Source: an uncultured delta proteobacterium
Lineage (GTDB): Bacteria > Desulfobacterota > Binatia > UBA9968
Length of the DNA stretch: 43,220 bases
Direction: 5' to 3'
Assembly (NCBI GenBank): GCA_963745035.1
Contig: CAVUVW010000007.1
Location: forward strand, 1 to 43,220
The notes under the pieces were generated by a model. It was not told the DNA's origin. It saw nothing but the letters and a program-made list of their open reading frames with translations, and did no database searches. The translations under genes and the position numbers were made by a program. Below, piece after piece: positions 1-9,734 of this stretch. Numbering within the stretch: the first letter of the stretch is position 1; every line of letters starts with the position of its first letter.

Positions 1-378
1 GCCGGCTTGTTGATCGATAGACGGATGATTCACTTTGGACAGGCGGCCAGATTCGGCCATTCGCCTCTCCGCTGTTTCCCAGTCCGGTAGCTCGGCGGAG
101 TCTTGGTTCCAATGCACCACAGCGGCCTCGTCACACCACTCGAGAAGCTTGGGCATCGCGTGCAGATGAGGCGGCGCGATGCGGTAGGCGCTCATCGCCG
201 CTTCGTCCCGCCACGCGGTCAGTGTCCAGAACGCGAAGCCTTCTACTCTCCGCAACTTGACCCCGAGGCTGCCGGGCGCGCGTTGGGCCTGTCTGAATGA
301 TCGCCAGGTATACCAGCCAAATGGCAACCCAAAGCGAACCGACCTGACGCGCAAGCGGGTGACAGCAACCAGCGGCAT
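1..378 (-). CDS. DUF3291 / antibiotic-biosynthesis-monooxygenase-like protein, 3' end runs off the window
   Basis: Manual translation MPLVAVTRLRVRS...FWTLTAWRDEAAMSAY...PHLHAMPKLLEWCDEAAVVHW; GAGGA RBS upstream; open to position 1, so absent from the ORF track. Confidence 0.7.
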   Translation of the reverse strand, partial: MPLVAVTRLRVRSVRFGLPFGWYTWRSFRQAQRAPGSLGVKLRRVEGFAFWTLTAWRDEAAMSAYRIAPPHLHAMPKLLEWCDEAAVVHWNQDSAELPDWETAERRMAESGRLSKVNHPSIDQQAG

Positions 379-438
379 CGTCAAATCCTCAGTATCGAGC
401 GTGCCATAAGCACGAGCGCCTGTTGTCTGAATCAACAA

Positions 439-497
439 GCCTAACGAATCGCGTATCAACCGCTGGGGTTGGTTAGGCTACCCCTAGGCCGCGGTCG
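439..497 (-). other. attC-like (integron cassette) site, truncated
   Basis: Minus strand reads GCGGTTGATACGCGATTC-GTTAGGC (GTTRRRY core) about 60 bp before the ATG at 378; inner stem GGGGT..ACCCC; other end not recognisable. Confidence 0.35.
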
Positions 498-702
498 AAT
501 AGCGAAGTAGCCCGAAGTGGATCCGCCTTCCATCGTGCCCCACTGATAAATCTTGTGAATATTCGATGCGCGGCCGGCAGACCGCCTCTTGGCGCGTCAG
601 CTCCGGTAGCCTGATCGAGCGCTTCATGGTAATTTCCATGTCAAGACTTGTTTAACGTCGTCATTATTCAGTAAAAGCGTCGCGCACATTGTCCTTTTTC
701 AA

Positions 703-1695
703 CTAAGGATTTTTTCCCCACAGCTTGGCGAAAAATCCCTCGTCGACCAATTCCTGGACAATGCTGTTATCGAAAAATTGCTCCGGCTTGGCCTGCTTCG
801 CTTTCGGATTGGTGCGGCCGATTTCATCAAGCGTGACCTGAAATCCCGCGCGTTTGACGAACGGCACTTTTTCCATGAACTCATAGCCGTACTTGAGACT
901 GCCCTCCAGCATTTTTTGATCCTTAATCTTGGTGTATTTGGCAAATATCGCCAGTGATTCGGCCTGGCGATTATAGAGAAAGTGCATCGCCTTGCCGTAG
1001 GCGCGCAAAAAAGCTTTCACCTGCGGCCGCTTGTCTTTGAGAAAGCGCTTCGTGGTCGTCAGCGTCAAGTGAACGAACGGAATTTCGTCCTTGGCAAGAT
1101 TGGCCAGCACCTTTGCCCCTCCCTGTTCGGCTACATAGACCATCGGATAAGACATCGGCGCGGCGGCGATAATTTTCTTGGAGAGCGCCGTGGCGATCTC
1201 CGGCATACCGCCGATCTGAATGAAGGCCACGTCCCGATGGGCTGCGAGGCCGTGCTTGGCAAGAAACATGCGCATGCCGAAATCGGTCGCCGCGCCAAAA
1301 CGAGAAACGCCGATGGTTTTGCCTTTGAGGTCAGTTACGCTGTTTATCTCCGGCGCAGCCATGACATAAAAAGGAACGATATTGACCGTGGCGCCGATGG
1401 CGACCAAATCCGCGCCCTGCAGGCCGGAATCCGCGATCACTTGACTATTCTGCGCGCTGATAACGATTTCGCCTGCCAACGTCGCCTTGGCGGCGATGGG
1501 CGAGCTGGCGATATACATCGTATCGACGTCCAAGCCTTCTTCTTTATAGAACCCCGCATCGCTCATGATCCAAAACGGCGAGTTGAACGCGCTCACCGCG
1601 GTCCACGCGATGACAAGCTTCTGCGCCTGCGCCGGCCGGCGCGAAAACACAATCGCGACAAAGATGCAATGAAACGCAAGCAATGCTCTCTTCAT
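703..1695 (-). CDS. ABC transporter substrate-binding protein, NitT/TauT (SsuA/Thi5-like) family
   Basis: Signal peptide ending PAQA-Q; DLKGKTIGVSRFGAATD motif; likely start MKRALL at 1695. Confidence 0.85.
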   Translation of the reverse strand: MKRALLAFHCIFVAIVFSRRPAQAQKLVIAWTAVSAFNSPFWIMSDAGFYKEEGLDVDTMYIASSPIAAKATLAGEIVISAQNSQVIADSGLQGADLVAIGATVNIVPFYVMAAPEINSVTDLKGKTIGVSRFGAATDFGMRMFLAKHGLAAHRDVAFIQIGGMPEIATALSKKIIAAAPMSYPMVYVAEQGGAKVLANLAKDEIPFVHLTLTTTKRFLKDKRPQVKAFLRAYGKAMHFLYNRQAESLAIFAKYTKIKDQKMLEGSLKYGYEFMEKVPFVKRAGFQVTLDEIGRTNPKAKQAKPEQFFDNSIVQELVDEGFFAKLWGKNP

Positions 1696-1720
1696 CTTAC
1701 CCAACACTCCAATCTTCTCG

Positions 1721-2704
1721 CTACGGATTCTTGCCCCAAAGCTTCGCAAAAAACCCTTCATCGATCAGCTCCTGCACCAGGCTGTTGTCGAAGAACTGTT
1801 CCGGCTTTGCCTGTTTGGCCTTGGGATTTTTCTTGGCGATGTGGTCGAGCGTCACCTGGAAGCCGCCGGTTTCACCAGAGGAATCTTCTCGATGAAGTCG
1901 TAGCCGTATGAATGCTGCCGTCGAGCATGCCCTGATCTTTGATCTTGGTGTATTTCGCGAAGATCGCCGGCGTCTCTCTTTTCTCGTGTGCATGAAATGC
2001 ATCGCCCGGCCATAAGCGCGCACGAAAGCTTTGGCTTGCGGGCGATGTTCTTGATCAACTTCCGCGTCGTGGTGATGCCGACGTGCAAAAAGGGAATATT
2101 TTCCTTGGCGAGATTGGCCAACATGCGCGCCCGCCTGCTGCGCGACATAGGCCATGGGCTGCGAAAACGCCGCGGCATAAACGGTTTTCTTGGACATCGC
2201 CGCGGCGATCTCCGGCAAGCCGCCGAGTTGCATCAGCGGGACGTCCTTGACCGGTTCGAGACCATACTTCGTCAAGAACATGCGAATGCCGACATCCCCC
2301 GAAGCACCGAAGCGAGTCACGCCGACCACTTTCCCTCTGAGATCGTTTATGCTTTTAATTTCCGGCGTCGCCATGATATAGAACGCCACCACGTTGGTGA
2401 TCGCGCCCATGGCGACTAGATCGCCGCCGCCGAGCCCAACATCGGCGATCACTTGGCCGTTGGCGGGGGAAATCACGATCTCGCCCGCCAACGTCGCCTG
2501 CGCCACCGTCGGCGAGCTAGGGATGTAGACGAGCTCCGTGTCCAAGCCCTCCTGCTTCGCAAAACCTGCATCCTGGATGATCCAGAACGTGGCGTTCAGC
2601 GCGCTCACCGATGACTAGGCGACGATGGACTTCTGCGCGTGGGCGAACGCAGGTATCAAAAGCAAACCGCTCGCTGCGATAAAAATATTGATCGCAAACT
2701 TCAT
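1721..2704 (-). pseudogene. NitT/TauT substrate-binding paralog with in-frame TAG and several frameshifts
   Basis: Starts MKFAINIF..AHAQKSIVA*SSVSALNATFW; TAG at 2615-2617 replaces the Trp seen in the neighbour (VIAWTAVSA); pieces in ORFs 1721..2608 and 1852..2178; C-terminus nearly identical to 703..1695. Confidence 0.75.
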
Positions 2705-2890
2705 TCAGAGATTCGCGATAAAAAGGACAGCGCTCTATGAAACCGGCCGCGTTCGCTCATTCTGCCTCCATTTGGACAAACCTTCAGCTATCGCCCGAAG
2801 TACGGCGATCCTCTATCGGCAGGGCAGTTTGTGTCAAGCGAACTCCGCGGCAACTACTGTTGCCCTCAAGATCTCGCACGAAGTCTATCC

Positions 2891-2919
2891 TGTCATTTCG
2901 AGTTTAAAGCGAGAAATCT
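2891..2919. repeat. REP-like short element TGTCATTTCGA..GAGAAATCT
   Basis: Same termini as the element at 5290-5340 (reverse complement). Confidence 0.45.
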
Positions 2920-3021
2920 TTCTTGATTGGACGCTCATGAGCGCTCTAACGGGACCAACCCGACGCGCGTCATTTCTCCTTGAAATAATTGCCGCGCCGT
3001 TTTATGGTCGCCGATATCACT

Positions 3022-4215
3022 ATGAGCATTCGCAACAAAGCAGCGATCGTCGGCATCGGCGAAACTCCCACGGATCGTCTGGGATCGAAGCCCGGCGAGC
3101 CGCGCAAGTCGAGCGCGGAATATATTTCCTGGGCCATGCGCCTTGCGTTGGAAGACGCTGGGTTGAGCCTAAAAGATTTTCAGGGCCAAGGCCTGGGCGT
3201 GACGATCCCGACCGCTTACCCGCAACCTTTCTGGCCCGAAGAAGTCGCGGAGATTCTCGGCATCACGCCGGGATTTCTGCAAGGCGGCTCCACCGGCGGC
3301 GCCGGAGCGGTCTCGCTGCTCGGCGGCATGGCGGCGGCGATCAATTCGGGATTGATCGATCTCGCCCTCGTGTGCGGTTCGGCGGCGCCGTTTTCCGAGC
3401 ACTGGGGCGGCGGCATCCAGCCCGGCGACATGCGCGACTGGGAAATTCCTTACGGCACCATGGGGCCCAACAGCAAGATCGCCATGGTCATGCGCCGCTA
3501 CATGCACGAGTACGGCGCGACCCTGGATCATTTCGGCAAGATCGCCGTCGCCGGACGCTATCACGCGAGCCTGAATCCGCTCGCGTATCTGCGAAAGCCG
3601 ATCACCGTCGAAGACTACAAAAATTCTCGGCTGGTCGCCGATCCGGTGCGCTTGCTCGACTGCGTCATGCCGGCCAACGGCGGCAGAGCTTATATTTTGG
3701 CTTCGCCCGAGCGCGCGAAAACACTGCGCAAGAAGCCGGTCTATCTCAAAGGATTCGGCGAGCGCAGCAATCCGTCCTACGGCCCGCGCGCCGGCTCCGA
3801 TGCGCTCGTCATGGGCGTCAAAGACGCCGGCAAAGTCGCCATGGAAATGGCCGGCGTCAGACACAGCGACATCAATTTTCTGCAACTTTACGACGATTAC
3901 ATCATCGTCGTTTACCTGCAGATCGAAGATCTCGGCTTTTGCGCCAAGGGCGACGTGAGCTTCTACGAGCGCACCGATTTCACCTTCAAAGGCCAACTGC
4001 CGATCCAGACCGGCGGCGGCATGATCAACGTCGGCCAGCCGTCCACCGCCGGCGGCACGCTGCACATCATCGAAGCGGTGCGCCAACTGCGCGGCGAAGG
4101 CGGCGAGCGTCAGGTAGCGAATGCGAAAACCGGACTCGTCACCGGCTTGGGCGTTCTCCCCTACGGCAAAAACTTCGGCTGCTGCGCCGTGGCGGTGCTC
4201 GGAAGCGAACTGTAA
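3022..4215 (+). CDS. Thiolase-superfamily protein (SCP2/Ltp2-like, no canonical Cys nucleophile)
   Basis: AAIVGIGET start, RLLDCVMPANGG, QLYDDY, QTGGG, EAVRQLRGEGGERQV motifs; followed by DUF35 gene. Confidence 0.85.
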   Translation: MSIRNKAAIVGIGETPTDRLGSKPGEPRKSSAEYISWAMRLALEDAGLSLKDFQGQGLGVTIPTAYPQPFWPEEVAEILGITPGFLQGGSTGGAGAVSLLGGMAAAINSGLIDLALVCGSAAPFSEHWGGGIQPGDMRDWEIPYGTMGPNSKIAMVMRRYMHEYGATLDHFGKIAVAGRYHASLNPLAYLRKPITVEDYKNSRLVADPVRLLDCVMPANGGRAYILASPERAKTLRKKPVYLKGFGERSNPSYGPRAGSDALVMGVKDAGKVAMEMAGVRHSDINFLQLYDDYIIVVYLQIEDLGFCAKGDVSFYERTDFTFKGQLPIQTGGGMINVGQPSTAGGTLHIIEAVRQLRGEGGERQVANAKTGLVTGLGVLPYGKNFGCCAVAVLGSEL

Positions 4216-4217
4216 AT

Positions 4218-4643
4218 ATGGCTGAAGCAGACATCAGAAAACCGTTGCCGGCGATCACCACCGAAGCCAAGACCTTTTGGGATGCGGCGGCGCAGAACAA
4301 GCTCGTCATGCAGCGCTGCCAGGATTGCCGCGCCTGGGTGTGGACGCCGCGCCCGTTGTGCAACGAATGCGGCAGCGAGCGCATCGAATGGACGCCCATG
4401 AGCGGCAAAGGCGAGATTTATTCCTTCACGGTGATTCGCCAGGTGGTCGGCCGCGCCGCCTCGAAAGCTTTTGAGCCGGATATTCCCTACGTGATTGCCT
4501 GGGTCGATCTCGAAGAAGGACCGCGCATGATCACCAACGTGGTGAACTGCCCGGTCGAAGACGTCAAGCTCGGCATGAAAGTCGCGGTGACGTTCGAGCA
4601 GGCGTCGAAAGACGTCTGGCTGCCGAAGTTCAAACCTGCCTAG
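4218..4643 (+). CDS. DUF35 Zn-ribbon/OB-fold protein
   Basis: FWDAA..QRCQDC..PRPLCNECGS..SGKGEIYSFTV..PYVIAWVDLEEGPRM; ATG 2 bp after thiolase stop. Confidence 0.9.
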   Translation: MAEADIRKPLPAITTEAKTFWDAAAQNKLVMQRCQDCRAWVWTPRPLCNECGSERIEWTPMSGKGEIYSFTVIRQVVGRAASKAFEPDIPYVIAWVDLEEGPRMITNVVNCPVEDVKLGMKVAVTFEQASKDVWLPKFKPA

Positions 4644-4728
4644 ATCGCGCGATAGCGAAAGGTAACCAAGACTTACGGATTTCCATGTTTGGAAGCCGTG
4701 GGCGCCGGTGCAGCCGCGCGCGAATTCG

Positions 4729-5244
4729 CTATGTCTCCGATTTTGCTTGCAGACTCGATAGCTGGCAATCGCGGGCGAGTTCGCTGAGCAGGGTTTCAAT
4801 CCCTGCGGTGTCGTGCGACCACAGCAGGGAGAGCGGCACTACTTCGCCGCTGTGAAGCAGAAATGTAGGTCGCACCACTGTTCCACCCTCGCTATCTGTT
4901 CCGACGACGAGCATCATTCCCGCGAGCTCATGCCATTCCAGCTCACGCAGCGAACGTCCGCTGATTCCCCAACGTGCTACCTGCACGCGGCGCCGGAGCA
5001 GATCGATTGTCGTGCGAGATGCGGGCGCCCGAGCCAACCACCACAGAGCGCCGGCAGAACCGCCGGCGCCGATCGCAAAACAACCCAATCGAGCCCATAC
5101 GCTCAATGTGGCGGCATTTGTCGCCAATCCGAGCACTGCTGCCATGGTGACGCAACCGCCGGCAAGAAGAAAAAGCCCGAGCGCCCAATGAGCTCCGGGC
5201 CGGTCACGGACCACAATGCTACCGCCTTCGCGTCGAGCACGCAC
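4729..5244 (-). CDS. Hypothetical membrane protein (two N-terminal TM helices)
   Basis: 171-aa ORF with two hydrophobic stretches followed by a beta-rich soluble region. Confidence 0.6.
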   Translation of the reverse strand: MRARREGGSIVVRDRPGAHWALGLFLLAGGCVTMAAVLGLATNAATLSVWARLGCFAIGAGGSAGALWWLARAPASRTTIDLLRRRVQVARWGISGRSLRELEWHELAGMMLVVGTDSEGGTVVRPTFLLHSGEVVPLSLLWSHDTAGIETLLSELARDCQLSSLQAKSET

Positions 5245-5289
5245 AGCCCGCCAGCTCCCGATTCACTCCTTCGAAAATAACAGAGACAA

Positions 5290-5384
5290 AGATTTCTCAC
5301 GGAGTTTATCCTGAGCACCGTCGAAGGGTTCGAAATGACAAGCGTCTACTATTGTTCGTCATTGCGAACGGATGTGAGGAATCT
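5290..5384. repeat. Inverted doublet of REP-like elements
   Basis: AGATTTCTC...CGAAATGACA (5290-5340) back-to-back with GTCATTGCGAACG...GAGGAATCT (5358-5384). Confidence 0.5.
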
Positions 5385-5456
5385 TTGCCAGGCATTTTTT
5401 AGCATCTATGGGCGAGTGTAAGCTCATGACTCACCTCGTGGTGATATGTTCGGGCA

Positions 5457-6434
5457 CTAACGTTTCTGCGCGAGCACTTCGTCGAGCAGCGAGAAATCAA
5501 ACACCTGTTCCGGCCTGGGCAGCTCTTTCAGCCCCATGTCGCGCTGATCCAGCTCGAATTCGAGCTTCATGGCGCCCGCCGTCGGCTTGCCGTCCAACGC
5601 CCACCCCTTCAATAATCCGTCATAAACATAGCCCGCCTCTTCCTGATTGAGCGCGAGCTGCTTCATCAGCACGGGGACGGTCCGCTCCTTTTGGGTGACG
5701 ATAATGCGGATTGCCTCGACCACGGCTTGCACGGCCGGCCGGAAGAAATCGCGCTTGGATTGCATGGACGCGACCGACATGCCTAGCCCGCTCTGCGGCA
5801 ACTCCAGTTCATCGCCCGCTCGCGCGAGCGCATGAAATCCCTGCTTCACCATACGCACGGTCTCGACGCTATTGAGCATAGCGACTTGCACGGTGCCGCT
5901 GCTAAGCGCCGCCGCGCGCGCGGTGCCCGCGTTCACGACTTTGTATTCGTCCGGCTTCAATCCCTTGCGGCGCAGTAATTCCCCCAGAACGACATTGACC
6001 GTTCCCTGCGGCGTGTAGCCGCCGATTACTTTTCCCCTGAGTTGATCGATCGTCGTAATATCTTTTGTAGCAACGAGGACGAAGTCGGGACGATTGAGAG
6101 ACACCAGGCCGACGCGCACCGGCACACCTCGCAGCGCCGCGCGCGCCGTTGAGCCGATCGCGGAGTAGAAATCGAGCTCGCCGGCGAGCATGGCGGCGAG
6201 GCCGGCGCGCGGCTCGAGCACCAAAACCCGCGCATCATAGCCGTAGCTTTCGAAAATGCCGAGGTGCTTGGCGATATAAACGTGGGTCATGGTCGCCGAA
6301 TGATTGGCGAGCGCGATATGGAGCGGGCGGAGCTTGGGTTTTTGCTGGGCGCTCGCCGCGCCAAGGAACAGATGCAACACCGCAACGAAAACCATATAAC
6401 CCGCGCCGAGAGCCGCGCTTCGCGCCTGTTTCAT
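5457..6434 (-). CDS. ABC transporter substrate-binding protein, NitT/TauT family
   Basis: Signal peptide ending AASA-Q; QLRGKVIG motif; VFDFSLLDEV tail typical of the family. Confidence 0.85.
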   Translation of the reverse strand: MKQARSAALGAGYMVFVAVLHLFLGAASAQQKPKLRPLHIALANHSATMTHVYIAKHLGIFESYGYDARVLVLEPRAGLAAMLAGELDFYSAIGSTARAALRGVPVRVGLVSLNRPDFVLVATKDITTIDQLRGKVIGGYTPQGTVNVVLGELLRRKGLKPDEYKVVNAGTARAAALSSGTVQVAMLNSVETVRMVKQGFHALARAGDELELPQSGLGMSVASMQSKRDFFRPAVQAVVEAIRIIVTQKERTVPVLMKQLALNQEEAGYVYDGLLKGWALDGKPTAGAMKLEFELDQRDMGLKELPRPEQVFDFSLLDEVLAQKR

Positions 6435-6601
6435 AGGTCGATCTCCTTCGCCGGTTCTGCCGCTCTCATAGTCGTCGTTGCGGTCGCCTGTCAAGATGAT
6501 TCATGGCGTGCGGCACGCGAAGTACAATCCCTCTTGTATCGAGCCCGGAACGTAGGTTAACAAAGCTTGAAACGACAACGCTCTTTTCCCGGAGGATTAG
6601 G

Positions 6602-8059
6602 ATGGAGGAAATCCGCATCATCGATACGACTCTGCGCGACGGCAATACGAGCCTGTGGGCGCACAATATGACCACCGGCATGATGCATCCCGCGCTGCGC
6701 CACATGGACCAGGCCGGCTTCGACGGCATGGAGTTTTTCGTCAGCGGCCGTTTCAAAAAAGTCGTGCGCGAGCAGCGCGACGATCCCTGGGATTGGGTGC
6801 GCTACGGTCAAAAGGAAATAAAAAACACGCGCCTGCGCTATCACGGCGGCCTGAGCAGCGGCTTTACTCTCACACCTGCCTGCATCCCGCGGCTCATTAT
6901 CGAACGCGTGGTGCATTACGGTATTACTCTCACCCGGCTATCCGACCCATGGAATGATTATGGGGCGTTAAAAAACGAAGTCGCGGAACTCAAAAATCTC
7001 GGCATGGACTCCGTGGTAAATATCATCTACTCCATCTCGCCGCGCCATACCGATGAGTACTACGCGCGCAAAACGCGCGAGGCCGCGGCGATGAAACCCT
7101 ATCGCCTTTGCTTTAAAGACGTAGGCGGCATGCTCACCCCGGATCGGGCACAGGTCCTTTCTCGGATCGTTCTGGACAACGCCGGCGACGTTCCGGTCGA
7201 ATTTCACGCGCACTGCAACAACGGTTTGGCTCCATTTAACGTCCTCGAGGTCGTCCAGCAAGGCATTCGCATCGTTCATACTTCGGTGCCGCCACTCGCC
7301 AATGGCTCGGCCCAGCCGTCGATCTTCAACGTCGCCCGCAACCTGCGCGCCCTCGGCTACAAGCCTTTGGTCAATGAAAGTGTGCTGGAACCCGTCGAGC
7401 GACACTTCCGCCGCGTCGCCGAAGAAGAAGGACTGCCGATCGGTATGCCGCGGGAATACGACGAGACCTGGTATCGCCACCAGGTTCCCGGCGGCATGAT
7501 TTCCAACTTGCGGCATCAACTCAAGATGCTTGGCAAAGAAGACAAGATGCAAACGGTTCTGGAGGAAATCGTCCAGGTCCGCGCCGAGCTCGGCTACCCG
7601 ATCATGGTGACTCCCTTCGCGCAATTCGTCGGCAGCCAGGCCGCGATCAACGTCATAACGGGCGAGCGCTACAAGGAGGTTACGGATCAAGTCATCCAGT
7701 ATGCAATTGGACTATGGGGCAAAGAAGGCGCCGAATACATGGACGCCGAGGTGAAGGCGAAAGTTTTGAATCGCTCCCGCGCTCGGGAAATGGAAAATTT
7801 TAAAGTGCCGGACATATCGCTCGAAGACGTAAGAAAGAAATACGGCGGGCCGAACCTGTCCGACGAAGAACTACTCTTGCGCTACTACGCCGGCCCGGAG
7901 TTCGTCGACGCTCTCAAAGGCGCGCCGCCGCGCAAAGAATATCTGGATGCACGAAAACCGTTGGTGAAGTTGGTCGAAGAGCTGGTCAGTAAGCGCGGCG
8001 CGGGCCATGTCTATATTCGCCGCGAGAACTTTACGTTGACCGCAGGACGAAGAGCGTAG
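6602..8059 (+). CDS. Pyruvate carboxylase B / oxaloacetate decarboxylase alpha-like carboxyltransferase without biotinyl domain
   Basis: DTTLRDG, CFKDVGG, FHAHCNNG, HQVPGGMISNL, LGYPIMVTPFAQFVG motifs; no AMKM biotin motif. Confidence 0.85.
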   Translation: MEEIRIIDTTLRDGNTSLWAHNMTTGMMHPALRHMDQAGFDGMEFFVSGRFKKVVREQRDDPWDWVRYGQKEIKNTRLRYHGGLSSGFTLTPACIPRLIIERVVHYGITLTRLSDPWNDYGALKNEVAELKNLGMDSVVNIIYSISPRHTDEYYARKTREAAAMKPYRLCFKDVGGMLTPDRAQVLSRIVLDNAGDVPVEFHAHCNNGLAPFNVLEVVQQGIRIVHTSVPPLANGSAQPSIFNVARNLRALGYKPLVNESVLEPVERHFRRVAEEEGLPIGMPREYDETWYRHQVPGGMISNLRHQLKMLGKEDKMQTVLEEIVQVRAELGYPIMVTPFAQFVGSQAAINVITGERYKEVTDQVIQYAIGLWGKEGAEYMDAEVKAKVLNRSRAREMENFKVPDISLEDVRKKYGGPNLSDEELLLRYYAGPEFVDALKGAPPRKEYLDARKPLVKLVEELVSKRGAGHVYIRRENFTLTAGRRA

Positions 8060-8162
8060 AATACATTTAGTTCTTTGCGGTGAGGAGCATAGCTGGCCTT
8101 GACTGGCACGAGATCCACATTCGACGCAACTCGTTCACTATCTGCGCAGTAGCGCGGCGATA

Positions 8163-8256
8163 GTCCAACGGACACGATTGAACCCGCTGGTTGGCGCTAA
8201 CGTTAACGGACGACGCTGCGATATCAGCCAGCGCAGTTGAACTGAAGCGTCTGAGC
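8163..8256 (-). other. Solo attC-like hairpin
   Basis: Minus strand ends GCGGGTTCAATCGTGTCC-GTTGGAC (GTTRRRY); inner stem TTCAAC..CGCTGG / CCAGCG..GTTCAA; far core degenerate. Confidence 0.35.
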
Positions 8257-8273
8257 AGATACAGGAGTTGTCG

Positions 8274-9186
8274 ATGGACAAGCTCCGCTCGCTGCACGAC
8301 GCGATCGCCCGCGACGTAGACGACGGCATGTCGATCGCGATGGGCTGTGCCCTCGAATCGCTCATCCCTTTCGCCGCCAGTCACGAAATCATTCGGCAGA
8401 ATAAAACCAATTTAACCCTGATCGGGCCGATCTCCGACATGCAATTCGATCAACTGATCGGCGCCGGCTGTGTGCGTAAAATTATCGCGTCATGGGTCGG
8501 CAACGTCGCCGCCGGCCTCGGGCCACAATTACCGCCGCGCCGCCGAAGCCGGCATTCCTCGGCCGATCGAAATCGAAGAGCACTCCAACTTCACCATCGG
8601 GCTCGGGCTCCAAGCCGCGGCGATGGGCGTGCCCTTTCTCCCCACGCGCACGATCATGGGCAGTGACATCGCCAAAGGAAACCAGTTTCAACGTGTGCGT
8701 TGCCCGTTTACGCGTGAGAAGTTGATCGCCGTGCGCGCCATCCGCCCCGACGTTGCGATCCTTCACGCGCAACGCGCCGACCGGCAAGGCAACGCCCACG
8801 TCTGGGGCAACTTCGGCGTCATGCGCGAAGCAGCGCTGGCGTCCGGAAAAGTGATTTTGACCTGTGAAGAGATCGTCGATCACGATGTGATTCTCGGCGA
8901 TCCCAATCGCACCGTGATTCCCGGCTTCGTGGTCTCCAGCGTGGTGCACCAGCCCTTCGGGTCGTTTCCATCGCCGACCCAAGGCTACGCGCGCCGCGAC
9001 GATGATTTCTATTTCGACTATCACCGCGCGACGCGCCTCCGCGAGGGCTTCGAGAGCTGGGTGCGGCAATGGGTGCTCGAGGTCGCCGATCACCACGAGT
9101 TCTTGGCGCGGCTGCCGCCGGAGAGAGTCGAAGGATTAAAGCCGGGCGCCGAGCTGCTCGCGCCGGCCGTGAATTTCAGCTACTGA
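8274..9186 (+). CDS. Family I CoA-transferase subunit A (glutaconate CoA-transferase-like), one frameshift near 8520
   Basis: ORFs 8268..8666 and 8470..9186 join: PFAASHEIIRQ, DQLIGAG, AAAMGVPFLP, PDVAILHAQRADRQGN. Confidence 0.85.
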
Positions 9187-9223
9187 GATCGATTTCAGCC
9201 AGCCAGAAAGCGAGGAGGAAAAT

Positions 9224-9658
9224 ATGAAAACCGTGCCGTCGATGAAACTCACTCAGGAAGGCTGCGATATCATCGTCAACGCCGCCGTCGAGAAGGCCAA
9301 AGAATTAAAACAGGTCGTCAGCATCTGCGTCGTCGATGCCGGCGGGCATTTGATGGCCTTCAAGCGCATGACCAACGGTCGGACACACAATACGCTGATC
9401 TCTCAGGCCAAGGCGCGGAGCGCGGCGCTGACTACCGCTGCTACCGGTAAAACAGGCCGCGACGGCAGCGAGATTCCCGATCATCAAGTGCTGGCGCAAA
9501 CCCTCGCGGTCGGTCCCGGCTGGTTCATCAGCATCGAAGGCGGACTCCCGGTGACTGTGGACGGCCAGTGCATCGGCGCGGTCGGCGTCAGCGGCGCCCC
9601 GTCGGCCGTCGATCGCCAGATCGGTCAGGCGGGCATCGACGCGTTCGCGAAGGCGTAG
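9224..9658 (+). CDS. GlcG/HbpS family heme-binding protein
   Basis: SICVVDAGGHL, KARSA, GGLPV..IGAVGVSGA; GAGGAGG RBS. Confidence 0.85.
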   Translation: MKTVPSMKLTQEGCDIIVNAAVEKAKELKQVVSICVVDAGGHLMAFKRMTNGRTHNTLISQAKARSAALTTAATGKTGRDGSEIPDHQVLAQTLAVGPGWFISIEGGLPVTVDGQCIGAVGVSGAPSAVDRQIGQAGIDAFAKA

Positions 9659-9663
9659 CCTTC

Positions 9664-9726
9664 GGTTTCGTGTTTCGAGTTTCGGGTTTGGAGTTAACCG
9701 AGACCCGGAACCCAAAACTCGAAACG
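9664..9726. repeat. Palindromic 7-bp microsatellite (GTTTCGR)n / (YCGAAAC)n
   Basis: Degenerate heptamer run mirrored around GTTAAC. Confidence 0.75.
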
Positions 9727-9734
9727 CTTTTAGG

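Noticed and set aside
2615-2617. Pyrrolysine or stop-codon recoding
   Set aside because: Single case in a gene that also has frameshifts; TAG is used as a normal stop elsewhere; no pyl genes seen
2625-4643. 672-aa ORF
   Set aside because: Arg-rich shadow frame over the thiolase; only the last 141 aa (DUF35, from 4218) look real
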